Of a stretch of 64,000 bases of DNA, positions 11,231 to 20,869 are shown piece after piece. The notes under the pieces were generated by a model. The model searched no databases. It had not been told where the DNA came from and saw only the letters and a list, made by a program, of their open reading frames with translations. Source of the stretch: Hyphomicrobiaceae bacterium (lineage in GTDB: Bacteria > Pseudomonadota > Alphaproteobacteria > Rhizobiales > Hyphomicrobiaceae); assembly GCA_965250205.1 (NCBI GenBank), contig CBDFNK010000010.1:8127-72126 (forward strand). Direction: 5' to 3'. Position 1 is the first letter of the stretch; every line of letters begins with the position of its first letter. The translations under genes were made by a program, and so were the position numbers.

Positions 11231-12775
11231 GTGAGCGCGCAAAAACCTCAGCCCAACGCCATTGAAGTCCTGCCCGACTTTGATGACTTCAAAGCAACTT
11301 ATCAGGCAGGCACACCGCAGGCAGTATGGACGCGCTGCATTGCCGATCTCGAAACGCCGGTCTCTGCTTACCTCAAGCTTGCAGCAGATCGTGCGATGAG
11401 CTTTTTGCTTGAATCCGTGGAAGGTGGTGCAACCCGCGGGCGTTATTCCGTGATCGGCTTGGATCCAGATGTCATTTGGCGGGCCAATGGCAACCAAGCC
11501 GAGATCAATCGGACACCGCAAGCCGACGCGCACGCGTTTAGTCCTGACAGCCAACCGACACTAACATCGCTACGCGCGCTGCTTGCCCAATCGCGCCTCA
11601 ACCTGCCAGACGCCCTGCCACCGATGGGCGCAGGTGTGTTTGGCTATATGGGCTATGACACCGTTCGCCTGATCGAAGATCTGCCCAACAAGCCGGACGA
11701 TACATTGGATGTACCTGATGCCATTTTGATGCGTCCTGAGGTGATGATCATCTTCGACGCCGTTAAAGATGAAATGAGCATCGTGACGCCCGTGCGCCCA
11801 AGTGAGGACACGACAGCCGAACACGCCTATGAGACGGCGTGCAACCGCCTAAGCGCTATCATTGCGCGCCTTGAAGGTCCCCGCCCGCAAGAGCGCGCGC
11901 CAACCCAGGCGACGACGACAGCATCGAAAAAAAGCACGCCAGCCTCCAATACCAGCCCCAGCGCCTACAAACGCATGGTTGAAAAAGCCAAAGACTACAT
12001 TCGCGCCGGTGATATTTTTCAAGTCGTGCTCTCGCAACGCTTTTCAACGCCGTTTGCTTTGCCCCCGTTTGCGCTTTACCGCGCACTGCGCCGCCTCAAC
12101 CCATCGCCTTTTCTCTTCCACCTCGACTTCGGTGACTTCGCCCTTGTTGGTTCGTCACCAGAAATCCTGGTTCGGGTCCGCGATGGCGAAGTGACGATCA
12201 GACCGATTGCAGGGACCGCACCGCGCGGCACCACAACAATCGAAGACAAACAACTTGCCGACAAGCTGCTTGCTGATCCCAAAGAGCGCTCCGAGCATTT
12301 GATGCTGCTTGATCTGGGTCGCAATGATGTCGGTCGCGTTGCTGAACTTGACACCGTGACGGTGACAGATCAGTTCACAATTGAGCGCTACAGCCACGTC
12401 ATGCACATTGTCTCCAACGTCATTGGAAAACTGGCAGCGTCCCACGACAGCGTCAGCGCCTTGATGGCAGGCTTTCCAGCAGGTACGGTGTCAGGCGCGC
12501 CAAAAGTGCGCGCCATGGAAATCATCGATGAACTTGAGAACGCCAAACGGGGACCCTATGCGGGCTGTGTTGGCTATTTCACAGCTGATGGTGAAATGGA
12601 TACCTGTATTGTGCTGCGCACCGGTATCGTCAAAAACGATATGCTTTACGTTCAAGCGGGCGCCGGGATTGTCTACGATTCGGTACCAGAAAATGAACAG
12701 CTGGAATGCATCAACAAATCTCAAGCCGTGTTACGCGCCGCCGAAGATGCGCTGCGCGGTGCCAGGCAGGGTTAG
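11231..12775 (+). CDS. trpE: anthranilate synthase component I
   Basis: GTG start. Contains LESVEGG..RGRYS, IFQVVLSQRF, FLFHLDFGDF, GTAPRG, HLMLLDLGRNDVGRV and GAPKVRAMEII. Confidence 0.97.
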   Translation: MSAQKPQPNAIEVLPDFDDFKATYQAGTPQAVWTRCIADLETPVSAYLKLAADRAMSFLLESVEGGATRGRYSVIGLDPDVIWRANGNQAEINRTPQADAHAFSPDSQPTLTSLRALLAQSRLNLPDALPPMGAGVFGYMGYDTVRLIEDLPNKPDDTLDVPDAILMRPEVMIIFDAVKDEMSIVTPVRPSEDTTAEHAYETACNRLSAIIARLEGPRPQERAPTQATTTASKKSTPASNTSPSAYKRMVEKAKDYIRAGDIFQVVLSQRFSTPFALPPFALYRALRRLNPSPFLFHLDFGDFALVGSSPEILVRVRDGEVTIRPIAGTAPRGTTTIEDKQLADKLLADPKERSEHLMLLDLGRNDVGRVAELDTVTVTDQFTIERYSHVMHIVSNVIGKLAASHDSVSALMAGFPAGTVSGAPKVRAMEIIDELENAKRGPYAGCVGYFTADGEMDTCIVLRTGIVKNDMLYVQAGAGIVYDSVPENEQLECINKSQAVLRAAEDALRGARQG

Positions 12776-12934
12776 ATCGGCCTTGTGAAAAGTTGGCTTC
12801 GACTTTGAGCAGATAAGTTGATCGCCAATCATGGGATAGAGCCATGGAATAAAGCAGAGCGTTGAGATAGAGTTATGGAATAGAGCGTCGCGCAAATAGC
12901 TTCAGAGTGCACAACAAAAGGCGCGACGCTGTAG
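12772..12934 (+). repeat. MITE-like intergenic repeat, copy A (TTAG...GTAG bounded)
   Basis: About 160 bp, alignable by eye with 37983-38141 (reverse), 55562-55704 and 60925-61068 (reverse). Its first TTAG contains the trpE stop codon. Confidence 0.85.
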
Positions 12935-12986
12935 GCCACATCATGCATCGCACATTTCTTATTGTCATCCGAAGTGACGGTCCCAC

Positions 12987-13508
12987 ATGTTGACACTGAC
13001 CCTGTTGCGCCACGCCAAATCAGACTGGAACCAGGACTCGTTGGATGATTTTGATCGCCCGTTGGCCACACGCGGCCTCAAGGCAGCCCCGGTCATCGGT
13101 CGTGAACTCAAAAAACGCGGGCCGGCTATCGATCTGGTTTTATGTTCACCAGCCAAACGCACATCCGAAACACTTGATCTGGTGTTAAGTGAACTGACCC
13201 CGGTCACACCTGACATTCAGTATATTGAGGGCCTCTATCACGCGCCACCTGAGCACCTTTGGAAGCACGTCATGAATCGGGCGGCCTCAGCGCTGCATGT
13301 GCTGGTGGTTGCTCACAACCCCGGCCTTCACCTCCTCGCCATGGCGCTCGCACAACGCGACAGCAACCTGGACGATCTTGCTGCCCTGGCTGCCAAGTTC
13401 CCCACCGCCGCCTTCGCTCAGTTTACCTTCGCTGGCGATACCTGGGCGGATATTGTCACCGGTTCAGGCCAACTCACCCACTTCGTCACCCCACACAGCT
13501 TAAGCTAA
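12987..13508 (+). CDS. histidine phosphatase family protein (SixA-like)
   Basis: The N-terminal LTLLRHAKSDW (RHA/G catalytic motif) and later VVAHNPG match the short SixA-type branch. Confidence 0.85.
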   Translation: MLTLTLLRHAKSDWNQDSLDDFDRPLATRGLKAAPVIGRELKKRGPAIDLVLCSPAKRTSETLDLVLSELTPVTPDIQYIEGLYHAPPEHLWKHVMNRAASALHVLVVAHNPGLHLLAMALAQRDSNLDDLAALAAKFPTAAFAQFTFAGDTWADIVTGSGQLTHFVTPHSLS

Positions 13509-13556
13509 TCACTGATAAACTTGACGCCGCCGCGCCCACTTCCTACACCAAAGCCC

Positions 13557-14171
13557 ATGCTCATCCTGATCGATAATTACGATAGTTTCACCTATAACCT
13601 GGTTCACTATATCGGTGAGTTAGGCGCACACTGTCTTGTCGTGCGCAATGACAAAATCTCAGCTGAGGAAGTGCTTGAGAAAAAGCCTCAAGCCATCGTC
13701 CTGTCGCCGGGACCATGCACACCCAATGAAGCCGGCGTCTGCCTCGATCTCGTCAAAGCCGTCGATGGCAACATCCCAATCCTGGGTGTGTGCCTCGGCC
13801 ATCAAGCCATTGGCCAGTCCTATGGCGGCACCATCATCCGCGCCGATGAACCGATGCACGGCAAACTTTCAACCATCACGCATTCTGACACCGGTGTCTT
13901 TGCAGGTCTTGAACCCACATTTGAGGTGACCCGCTACCACTCGCTGATTATTGAGCGCGCCACCATTCCAAGTTGCCTTGAGATCACTGCGGAGACAGAA
14001 GACGGTATTATCATGGGCGTGCAACACAAAGACGTGCCGGTCCATGGTGTGCAGTTCCATCCCGAAAGCATCGCGTCTGAAAACGGCCATCTCATTTTGG
14101 CGAACTTCTTAAAAATTGCTGGCTACAAACCAAAACCGGTCGACAAAAAACGCCCCTTAAAAGCAGCGTGA
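13557..14171 (+). CDS. trpG: anthranilate synthase component II (glutamine amidotransferase)
   Basis: ATG at 13557 gives MLILIDNYDSFTYNLVHY. Also contains GVCLGHQAIG and GVQFHPES. The listed ORF begins at a TTG 36 nt upstream. Confidence 0.95.
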   Translation: MLILIDNYDSFTYNLVHYIGELGAHCLVVRNDKISAEEVLEKKPQAIVLSPGPCTPNEAGVCLDLVKAVDGNIPILGVCLGHQAIGQSYGGTIIRADEPMHGKLSTITHSDTGVFAGLEPTFEVTRYHSLIIERATIPSCLEITAETEDGIIMGVQHKDVPVHGVQFHPESIASENGHLILANFLKIAGYKPKPVDKKRPLKAA

Positions 14172-14178
14172 ACCCAAA

Positions 14179-15213
14179 ATGGCTGATGCATTGATCGCCT
14201 CCATTCTCAAAAGAGTTGCCGTAGGCGACACCCTCAACGAAGTGGAGATGTGCACCGCAATTGCGGCAATGACCGAAGGTAGCGCGACGCCACCGCAAAT
14301 GGCTGCATTTCTCATGGGGCTAGCGGTGCGTGGTGAAACGGTGTTTGAAATCTCTGGCGCTGCCCGTTTGCTGCGCGAAAAGATGACACCGCTTGCAGTA
14401 TCCTTAAACCTTGATCCGATAGATATCGTGGGCACGGGCGGTGACGGGCATGCAACCTATAACGTCTCAACGTGTGCCGCCTTTGTTGCAGCCGGTGCCG
14501 GCCTCAAAGTCGCCAAGCATGGCAACCGATCTGTCTCATCACGCTCCGGCGCCTCCGACGTCTTAACAGCACTCGGGGTCAACGTTGAGGCGCCACTTGA
14601 TGTTGTAGCCCGCGCGCTTGAGGAAATTGGCATTGCCTTTTTGTGGGCACCCAAACATCACCCGGCAATGAAAACCTGGGCACCCATTCGCGCACAGCTT
14701 GGCGTGCGCACGGTGTTTAACTTACTCGGGCCTTTGTGTAATCCTGCCAGTGTAAAACGCCATGTCATTGGGGTTTTTGATCACCGATGGGTTGAACCTA
14801 TTGCTGATGTTCTCAAAGCGCTCGGCTCCACGCATGCCTGGGTCGTGCATGGCTATGACGGCATGGATGAACTGACCACCACCGGGCCAACGTTGGTTGC
14901 CGAACTGCGCAACGGAAACGTTTCCGTGTTCGACGTCAGCCCGGAAGATGCCGGTCTAAAATGCGCCTCTCTTGATGACCTCAAAGGTGGTGACGCTGAA
15001 GAAAATGCAGCAGCCCTACGCGATGTTCTTGCAGGTAAACCGAGTGCCTATCGCGACATCGTTTGCCTCAACGCTGCAGCAGCGTTGGTCGTCCACGATC
15101 GCGCAGCCAATCTGTCAGACGGCGTCAAACGTGCCGAAACCGCAATTGATAGTGGTCGGGCCGAAAAAACATTGAATGATTTAATTGCCATCAGCAATGG
15201 CACCACCGCCTAG
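14179..15213 (+). CDS. trpD: anthranilate phosphoribosyltransferase
   Basis: Contains DIVGTGGDG, KHGNRSVSSRSGASDVL and NLLGPLCNPA. Confidence 0.97.
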   Translation: MADALIASILKRVAVGDTLNEVEMCTAIAAMTEGSATPPQMAAFLMGLAVRGETVFEISGAARLLREKMTPLAVSLNLDPIDIVGTGGDGHATYNVSTCAAFVAAGAGLKVAKHGNRSVSSRSGASDVLTALGVNVEAPLDVVARALEEIGIAFLWAPKHHPAMKTWAPIRAQLGVRTVFNLLGPLCNPASVKRHVIGVFDHRWVEPIADVLKALGSTHAWVVHGYDGMDELTTTGPTLVAELRNGNVSVFDVSPEDAGLKCASLDDLKGGDAEENAAALRDVLAGKPSAYRDIVCLNAAAALVVHDRAANLSDGVKRAETAIDSGRAEKTLNDLIAISNGTTA

Positions 15214-15268
15214 AGCGTCGCGCCAAAAGCGTGCGCGGTGGTTTTTGGAGTGGCCGTGCCAACACTGC

Positions 15269-15316
15269 GCAAGCGTGTGTTGGGGCAAGCGTGTGTTGGA
15301 GCAAGCGTGTGTTGGG
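15269..15316. repeat. three tandem copies of the 16-bp unit GCAAGCGTGTGTTGGG
   Basis: Read directly from the sequence. Confidence 0.85.
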
Positions 15317-15365
15317 TCATGTTAGGAAAGACGGCACCGGCGATCAAAAAGATTAAGCGGGCTAG

Positions 15366-16778
15366 CTACCAAGTGTTGTGCGGCCAGCCCTTGGAAATGC
15401 CGCGCGACGCTTTCTTTGGTGCTTTTTTCTTGACGACTTTCTTGGCGACTTTCTTGCGCGCGCGTCGCTTGGTCTTCTTTTTTGCAACCTTTCGCTTGGC
15501 CGTTTGTTTCGACCTTGTCGAAACCTTAGGAGCCGAGGTTTCCTGAGGCTTAGGCGGGGCGGTAATAGCGGTCACTTTTTTGGCTGGCTTTGCATTCACT
15601 GTTGCGGGCTTGGCCGGCAACTTGGCTGCTTTATCAGGTGTCGTGGTAACTGGTGCTGCAGCTCTAGGTGTTGGCTGAGCGGGGTTGTTGCGCGCATTGT
15701 CCAACGCAACTTTTGCCTGACGCTCAGCTTGTTGGCGCATCTGGCGTTCAAGAACAAGTTCATACTTGATCGCTTCAATCGCCTTTAACGCTTCGTCTTT
15801 TGCGTCTCGTTCGTCATCAATTAATTTCTGAAGATCATCAACCGACGTTGTCGCGACTTGCATCTCTTTCAGATGTTGCTCTCGCAAACGCTCTATCGTC
15901 GCGATGGCAGCTTGCTCCGCACCATGTGCTTCCGTCAGCTCTTCTGAAACCCGACGGGTTATTGCAACAGTCTCCTGCGACTTGGCCGTTTGCATTGCCA
16001 AGTCGCGACGTGCTGTCGCCAAGCGTTGTTCGGCTTCTCTTCGGGCCGCGCGCTCAACTTGTAGCTTTTTACGCAACGCTGAAATGACGCGAACTGGTGC
16101 TGTCGGCAGCCCCACGGTTTTCGAGTTGTCAGCCGCACCTGGCTGCTCAACAACACGGATATTTGAGATCCGATCTTTTGGTGCCTGGTGTTGGCTATAA
16201 ACGCCAATTGCAACACCAGCGATAGCAACACCGGCAAACACAGCTGCAGCGGAGCGGGCCATGGAAATTGGTCCGGCTTGAATGCGCTGCGATGAGGAAA
16301 CCGGTGTCAGTGCGTTCGATCCCTCGCTCGCACTTTGCCAAGGATTAAACGTACCAAAATTCCACAGGTGCCCTTCGCAGTCCCGACATGAATAGGCACG
16401 CCCACCCGTATCATCGCGCTGCACATCAAGAGCGATTTCAGCACCAGCCTCTTTGGCACGTTCAAAGTGGCTTTCAATATCTTCAACAACAAGATAGCAG
16501 CTTTGTGTTTCCGTGCCGCCAATTTCGTCGGGCTGTGAGAGCAAGTCATCAAAGTCGGAATCGCGGACTGGGCCCAGCATCACCATGCCATGGCCATATG
16601 TCATCTGGGCATAGATGAGGTCGCCGTTGTCGTCACTCGCGGTGTAGTGGGGCACAAAACCAAATGCTTCTGACAGCCAAGCAATCGCCTGCTTTAAATC
16701 GCGGTACCGCATTAACGGCACGACCCGCGTTGCTTCAAGTGTGCCAGACTCAGCCATTCTCGAAATTGCCCCACCCAT
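15366..16778 (-). CDS. membrane protein: VOC (glyoxalase/bleomycin-resistance fold) domain + TM + coiled coil + poly-Lys tail
   Basis: The N-terminal ~145 aa (RYRDLKQAIAWLSEAFGF...GHLWNFGTFNPW) is VOC-like. A TM segment AAAVFAGVAIAGVAIGVY follows, then a heptad-like Glu/Arg/Ala/Gln-rich region. The tail is ...KRKVAKKKTKRRARKKVAKKVVKKKAPKK. Confidence 0.8.
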   Translation of the reverse strand: MGGAISRMAESGTLEATRVVPLMRYRDLKQAIAWLSEAFGFVPHYTASDDNGDLIYAQMTYGHGMVMLGPVRDSDFDDLLSQPDEIGGTETQSCYLVVEDIESHFERAKEAGAEIALDVQRDDTGGRAYSCRDCEGHLWNFGTFNPWQSASEGSNALTPVSSSQRIQAGPISMARSAAAVFAGVAIAGVAIGVYSQHQAPKDRISNIRVVEQPGAADNSKTVGLPTAPVRVISALRKKLQVERAARREAEQRLATARRDLAMQTAKSQETVAITRRVSEELTEAHGAEQAAIATIERLREQHLKEMQVATTSVDDLQKLIDDERDAKDEALKAIEAIKYELVLERQMRQQAERQAKVALDNARNNPAQPTPRAAAPVTTTPDKAAKLPAKPATVNAKPAKKVTAITAPPKPQETSAPKVSTRSKQTAKRKVAKKKTKRRARKKVAKKVVKKKAPKKASRGISKGWPHNTW

Positions 16779-16832
16779 CTAACTCAACCTGACACCGCGC
16801 GCCTTTGGCCAGTGCCTATTCAAATTCGTCGC

Positions 16833-16921
16833 GCCCAAACCCATGGCCCAAACCCATGCCTATGGCCCAAACCCATGCCTATGGCCCAAACCCATGCCTA
16901 TGGCCCAAACCCATGCCTATG
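16833..16921. repeat. 4.7 tandem copies of the 19-bp unit GCCCAAACCCATGCCTATG
   Basis: Read directly from the sequence. Full units start at 16846, 16865, 16884 and 16903. Confidence 0.9.
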
Positions 16922-17430
16922 GGTGGTGCACCTGAACCGTTTCCGCTTGAAACGTGACCACCTTAACTGGATTCAGGCCCGGATTTCCGACAACAGCATG
17001 ACGCAAACCAAAAGCGCGGTCACGCGTCACCCGCTTAAGCGCTCGAATCAGTGAAAATCACTCTAGCCGAATTCTTGAAACTGTACCGTCCTAGAGCTGC
17101 ATGTATATTGATTTTTTCCTCGTTGTTACAGCTTTCATCCCGTTGTCTCAGCTATGAGCATTTACGCGCCGCCAAAATAGGGACCGCCGCCGCGTTCCCA
17201 CACCGAGCCGCAGAGCACAGCCAGCAGCGGGATATCAAAAAAAATCACGCCATTGCAATAAGATGGCCTCCACTCTATCCGTTCAAAGCCGTTTCGCTGC
17301 AGGTTTTCCCCATGGCCAAGGCCCCGACCAACGCACGCCGTTACGATTTCTTGCATTCTTCAGCGAGACACGCCGAAAATCGTGTTATTTCAACGCAATC
17401 ATTATAACGCAAGAGCCCTTATCCCCATCC

Positions 17431-18231
17431 ATGAGTGACATCCTCGAGAAAATTATCCGCTACAAGACGGAAGAAGTGGCGACCGCCAAGCTGGCCCTCC
17501 CGCTCCAGGTTCTGGCAGAATATGCCCGCAGTGCTGGCCCGGTCCGGCCTTTTCGCATAGCCTTAGAAGAGCGCATAAAGTCTTGCCGTCCCGCCCTCAT
17601 TGCCGAGATCAAAAAGGCCTCACCGTCTAGGGGGCTGATCCGCGAAGACTTTGACCCGCCCGCTTTGGCCAAGGCCTATGACAGCGGTGGCGCGGCGTGT
17701 CTTTCGATTTTAACCGATAAACCGTCATTTCACGGTACACCGGAAAATTTGAAACAGGCGCGCACCGCGGTTGATCTGCCTGTGTTACGCAAAGACTTCA
17801 TGATCGACACCTATCAAGTTGTGCAGGCACGCGCCTGGGGTGCTGATTGCATTTTGATCATCTTAGCCGAGATTGATGATCATGTGGCCCGTGACCTCGC
17901 GGCAGCTGCCAGCAACTGGGGCATGGACGCCATCGTTGAAGTACATGACGACGGTGAACTGGACCGCGCCCTCAAACTCGATTGCAATCTGATCGGCATT
18001 AACAATCGCAACTTGAAAACATTTGAGACGACGTTGCAAACCACGGAGCGGTTGGCACCGCGTGTCCCTAGGGATCGCATTGTGATTAGCGAAAGCGGAA
18101 TTTCAACCGCCGCCGATATCGCCCGCCTGCAAAGGGTTGGGGTCAACACATTCCTGGTTGGAGAAAGTTTGATGCGCCAAAGCGATGTCGAAGCAGCAAC
18201 GCGCCGACTTCTTGGAGGCACCGGGTCGTGA
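17431..18231 (+). CDS. trpC: indole-3-glycerol-phosphate synthase
   Basis: ATG at 17431 gives [16 protein letters not shown]. Contains [28 protein letters not shown] and SESGI. Confidence 0.95.
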   Translation: MSDILEKIIRYKTEEVATAKLALPLQVLAEYARSAGPVRPFRIALEERIKSCRPALIAEIKKASPSRGLIREDFDPPALAKAYDSGGAACLSILTDKPSFHGTPENLKQARTAVDLPVLRKDFMIDTYQVVQARAWGADCILIILAEIDDHVARDLAAAASNWGMDAIVEVHDDGELDRALKLDCNLIGINNRNLKTFETTLQTTERLAPRVPRDRIVISESGISTAADIARLQRVGVNTFLVGESLMRQSDVEAATRRLLGGTGS

Positions 18232-18734
18232 GCGAGAAAAAACTCTCCCATCTCAACGCCAAGGGTGAAGCCCGCATGGTGGATGTCTCCGACAAAGACG
18301 TCACGCATCGCACGGCCAAGGCAGAGGGCTTTGTCGCCATGGCGGCGGACACTTTAGCCGTTATTGAAAAAGGTGGCGCCAAAAAAGGTGACGTGCTCGC
18401 AACAGCACGCATTGCTGGTATTATGGCCGCCAAACAAACGCACAACCTGATTCCGCTTTGTCATCCACTACCGATCACCAAAGTCGAAGTTCATTTTACG
18501 CCAAGTCAAAATCCGACAGGCATTGTCATCACGTCCAAGGTCAAGGTTTCGGGCCAGACCGGTGTCGAGATGGAGGCCTTGACGGCCGTCTCGGTGGCAG
18601 CCCTGACAATCTACGACATGGTGAAGGCGATTGATAAAGCCATGCATTTTGACGCCATCCAGCTAATTGAAAAAACTGGTGGCCGCTGCGGTGACTTTAA
18701 AGCACCAAAACATATCCTGCGTGCGAAGGACTAA
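18228..18734 (+). CDS. moaC: cyclic pyranopterin monophosphate synthase
   Basis: The GTG start overlaps the trpC stop (GTGA). Contains [16 protein letters not shown] and LIPLCHPL. Confidence 0.95.
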   Translation: MSEKKLSHLNAKGEARMVDVSDKDVTHRTAKAEGFVAMAADTLAVIEKGGAKKGDVLATARIAGIMAAKQTHNLIPLCHPLPITKVEVHFTPSQNPTGIVITSKVKVSGQTGVEMEALTAVSVAALTIYDMVKAIDKAMHFDAIQLIEKTGGRCGDFKAPKHILRAKD

Positions 18735-18736
18735 AC

Positions 18737-19957
18737 ATGGATGCTCTTTCCGTTGCCGAAGCGCTAAAGCGCATCTTAGCCGATGTAACAGTCATGGACT
18801 GCGAGCAGGTTGAACTGACCAAGGCCTGCGGTCGCGTCCTGGCCGAAGATGTCACGGCCACACTGACCCAGCCACCGTTTGATGCCTCTGCCATGGACGG
18901 CTATGCCGTGTGCGCAGAAGATGTGGCAAGTCTGCCTGTAACACTTGACGTGATTGGCGAAGCCGCCGCCGGCGAAGGCTTTCAAGGTGCGCTTGTGCCT
19001 GGACAAGCGGTGCGCATTTTTACCGGTGCGCCGCTACCCAAAGGGGCCAGCGCAATTGTCATTCAGGAAAACACAACCCGCGCGCGCGAACAGGTCACGG
19101 TTGTTGAAGGCTCACCTAACCCAGCCCACATCAGACGGCGCGGCCTCGACTTCTCCCAAGGCCACGTGCTCTTAAAAGCTGGCGACAAACTCAATGCCCG
19201 CACACTCACCTTAGCGGCTGCCATGGGCCATGGGACCCTGCCGCTGCGCCGTCAACCACGCGTTGCCATCCTCGCCACAGGCAATGAGCTGGTATTGCCT
19301 GGTCACGCGGTCGGCCCGGACCAAATCGTCTGCTCAAATCCGTTTGGCCTTTTGGAATTGGTGACAGCGGCAGGCGGAGTTGGCACATTTCTCGGTATCG
19401 CGCGCGATACCGAACCCGATCTGCGCGCTGCAATACAAAAAGCCCGGGACTTCGACATCCTGGTCACCATTGGTGGTGCCTCCGTAGGTGATCACGATCT
19501 CGTCGCCCCAGCACTCAAAGCGGAAGGCATGGTACTTGATTTCTGGCGCATCAAAATGCGCCCCGGTAAACCCTTGTTATTTGGTCGCTTGACCCGCGCC
19601 TCTCAAACCCAGCGCGTATTGGGCCTGCCCGGCAACCCAACGTCATCGCTGATCTGTGGACGCATCTATTTGGTGGCATTGATCACAGCGTTGCTGGGCC
19701 AGGACGCCAACACCATCACGCGCGGTGAACATGCCCAACTGGCGCAACCGTTACCGGCCAATGGCCCGCGTGCGCACTACATGCGAGGCGTCATTCGCGA
19801 TGCCACAACCGCACCGCCCACCGTTGCTGCATTGGACGCACAGGATAGCTCCATGTTGACACCCTTAGCGGGCGCAGATTGCTTGATTGTGCGCGATGCT
19901 CATGCGCCCAAAGCTGACGTTAACGCGCACGTGGTTATGCTCAAGTTAGACTTTTGA
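18737..19957 (+). CDS. moeA: molybdopterin molybdotransferase
   Basis: Contains PFDASAMDGYAV, ILATGNEL and TIGGASVGDHDLV. It starts 3 nt after moaC. Confidence 0.95.
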   Translation: MDALSVAEALKRILADVTVMDCEQVELTKACGRVLAEDVTATLTQPPFDASAMDGYAVCAEDVASLPVTLDVIGEAAAGEGFQGALVPGQAVRIFTGAPLPKGASAIVIQENTTRAREQVTVVEGSPNPAHIRRRGLDFSQGHVLLKAGDKLNARTLTLAAAMGHGTLPLRRQPRVAILATGNELVLPGHAVGPDQIVCSNPFGLLELVTAAGGVGTFLGIARDTEPDLRAAIQKARDFDILVTIGGASVGDHDLVAPALKAEGMVLDFWRIKMRPGKPLLFGRLTRASQTQRVLGLPGNPTSSLICGRIYLVALITALLGQDANTITRGEHAQLAQPLPANGPRAHYMRGVIRDATTAPPTVAALDAQDSSMLTPLAGADCLIVRDAHAPKADVNAHVVMLKLDF

Positions 19958-20064
19958 ATCAGGCATTTCTCGCACTTTTTTAATTTACGTGTGACGCATT
20001 TCCGACGCATTATAACCCTCTAAGGGAAACAGTTCGAACCCGCTTCACGCCGGGTCGGACACTT

Positions 20065-20106
20065 AGCCCCGGATGCAACCCACCCCGCTCGTTTGCATCC
20101 GGGGCT
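20065..20106 (+). other. perfect 14-bp stem hairpin (AGCCCCGGATGCAA-N14-TTGCATCCGGGGCT) downstream of moeA
   Basis: Read directly from the sequence. There is no U-tract, so it is not a canonical intrinsic terminator. Confidence 0.5.
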
Positions 20107-20869
20107 GTTAGATTGAAAGTGTCCTGGCTTCGACCTCAACGCACCCCAAACACGCGCGCCGCGAGGCCAACACAAAATCTTATCCCCTCACCTTTCCCCG
20201 ACACTAAACTCGTCCCCATCCTGCTTGACCGTTCGGGGATCTGGGTGCGCGCCGGTACTCTGATGCAAGCAGGAGGTGAAGGGAGCGCGGCTCGGGGCAT
20301 AGGCTCTGCCGAGAGACCGTCTGCCGCCATCGATTTCGCACGTTGGTGAAGTCCGCAGGGTGCGCGGACCATTACGTGGTGGTCACCGTCCTTTCACCGG
20401 CGGAGCGGCTTGTGCCGCATCCGAAAAATTTGAAACGGCAGCGCTGCTCCGCTCCCCGGACACCTGTTTGCCTGACCAACTACCCTCTCACCGCGACCTG
20501 CCATAGGCCCGCGGCCAATAATCGTGCTGGAGACGCGTTGCAAGGGCCATGGGCCGCCCACCCGAACTCTGCTTGAAGTCATATCTGTGGAATGGCTTTG
20601 GAAGTAAGGCGGTGAAAATGCTATTTTTGCGTTTGACCGGATTGACTACGTCGACAACTTCAACAAAAAACAATGGCTGACTTTTAGATGCTGTTTTAAT
20701 CAACACAGCGTTGCCGATTCTGCTGGCAGCATGGAGGTTTGCGAAAAAGGAAATGATTCCAGTCGCAACTAGGCGGACAACCGCAGCTGTCCACGACGTC
20801 GATTGAAACCCACCATTTTTGTGAACACCACCTTTGCCCCCAACCACCCGGCCGGTCTATAATCCCGTC

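Noticed and set aside
17162-17356. 64-aa minus-strand ORF, and a possible ~28-aa hydrophobic peptide ([28 protein letters not shown]), in the 652-bp gap upstream of trpC
   Set aside because: It has no SD and no recognisable family, and it overlaps an equally unconvincing plus-strand ORF (17051-17407). The region is left as non-coding.
20110-20600. Known structured RNA (RNase P RNA, tmRNA, SRP RNA, 6S RNA, cobalamin riboswitch) in the long moeA-POT intergenic region
   Set aside because: I searched both strands by eye for GAGGAAAGTCCGGGC and ACAGAACCCGGCTTA (RNase P). I also searched for a tag-peptide ORF ending in AA plus a T-arm/CCA (tmRNA), for GGTCAGGTCCGGAAGGAAGCAGCC (SRP), and for the B12 box with GCCACTG (cobalamin). 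Only fragmentary resemblances turned up (GGTGAAAGG, GACCTGCC). The region is kept as an unassigned candidate, not called.
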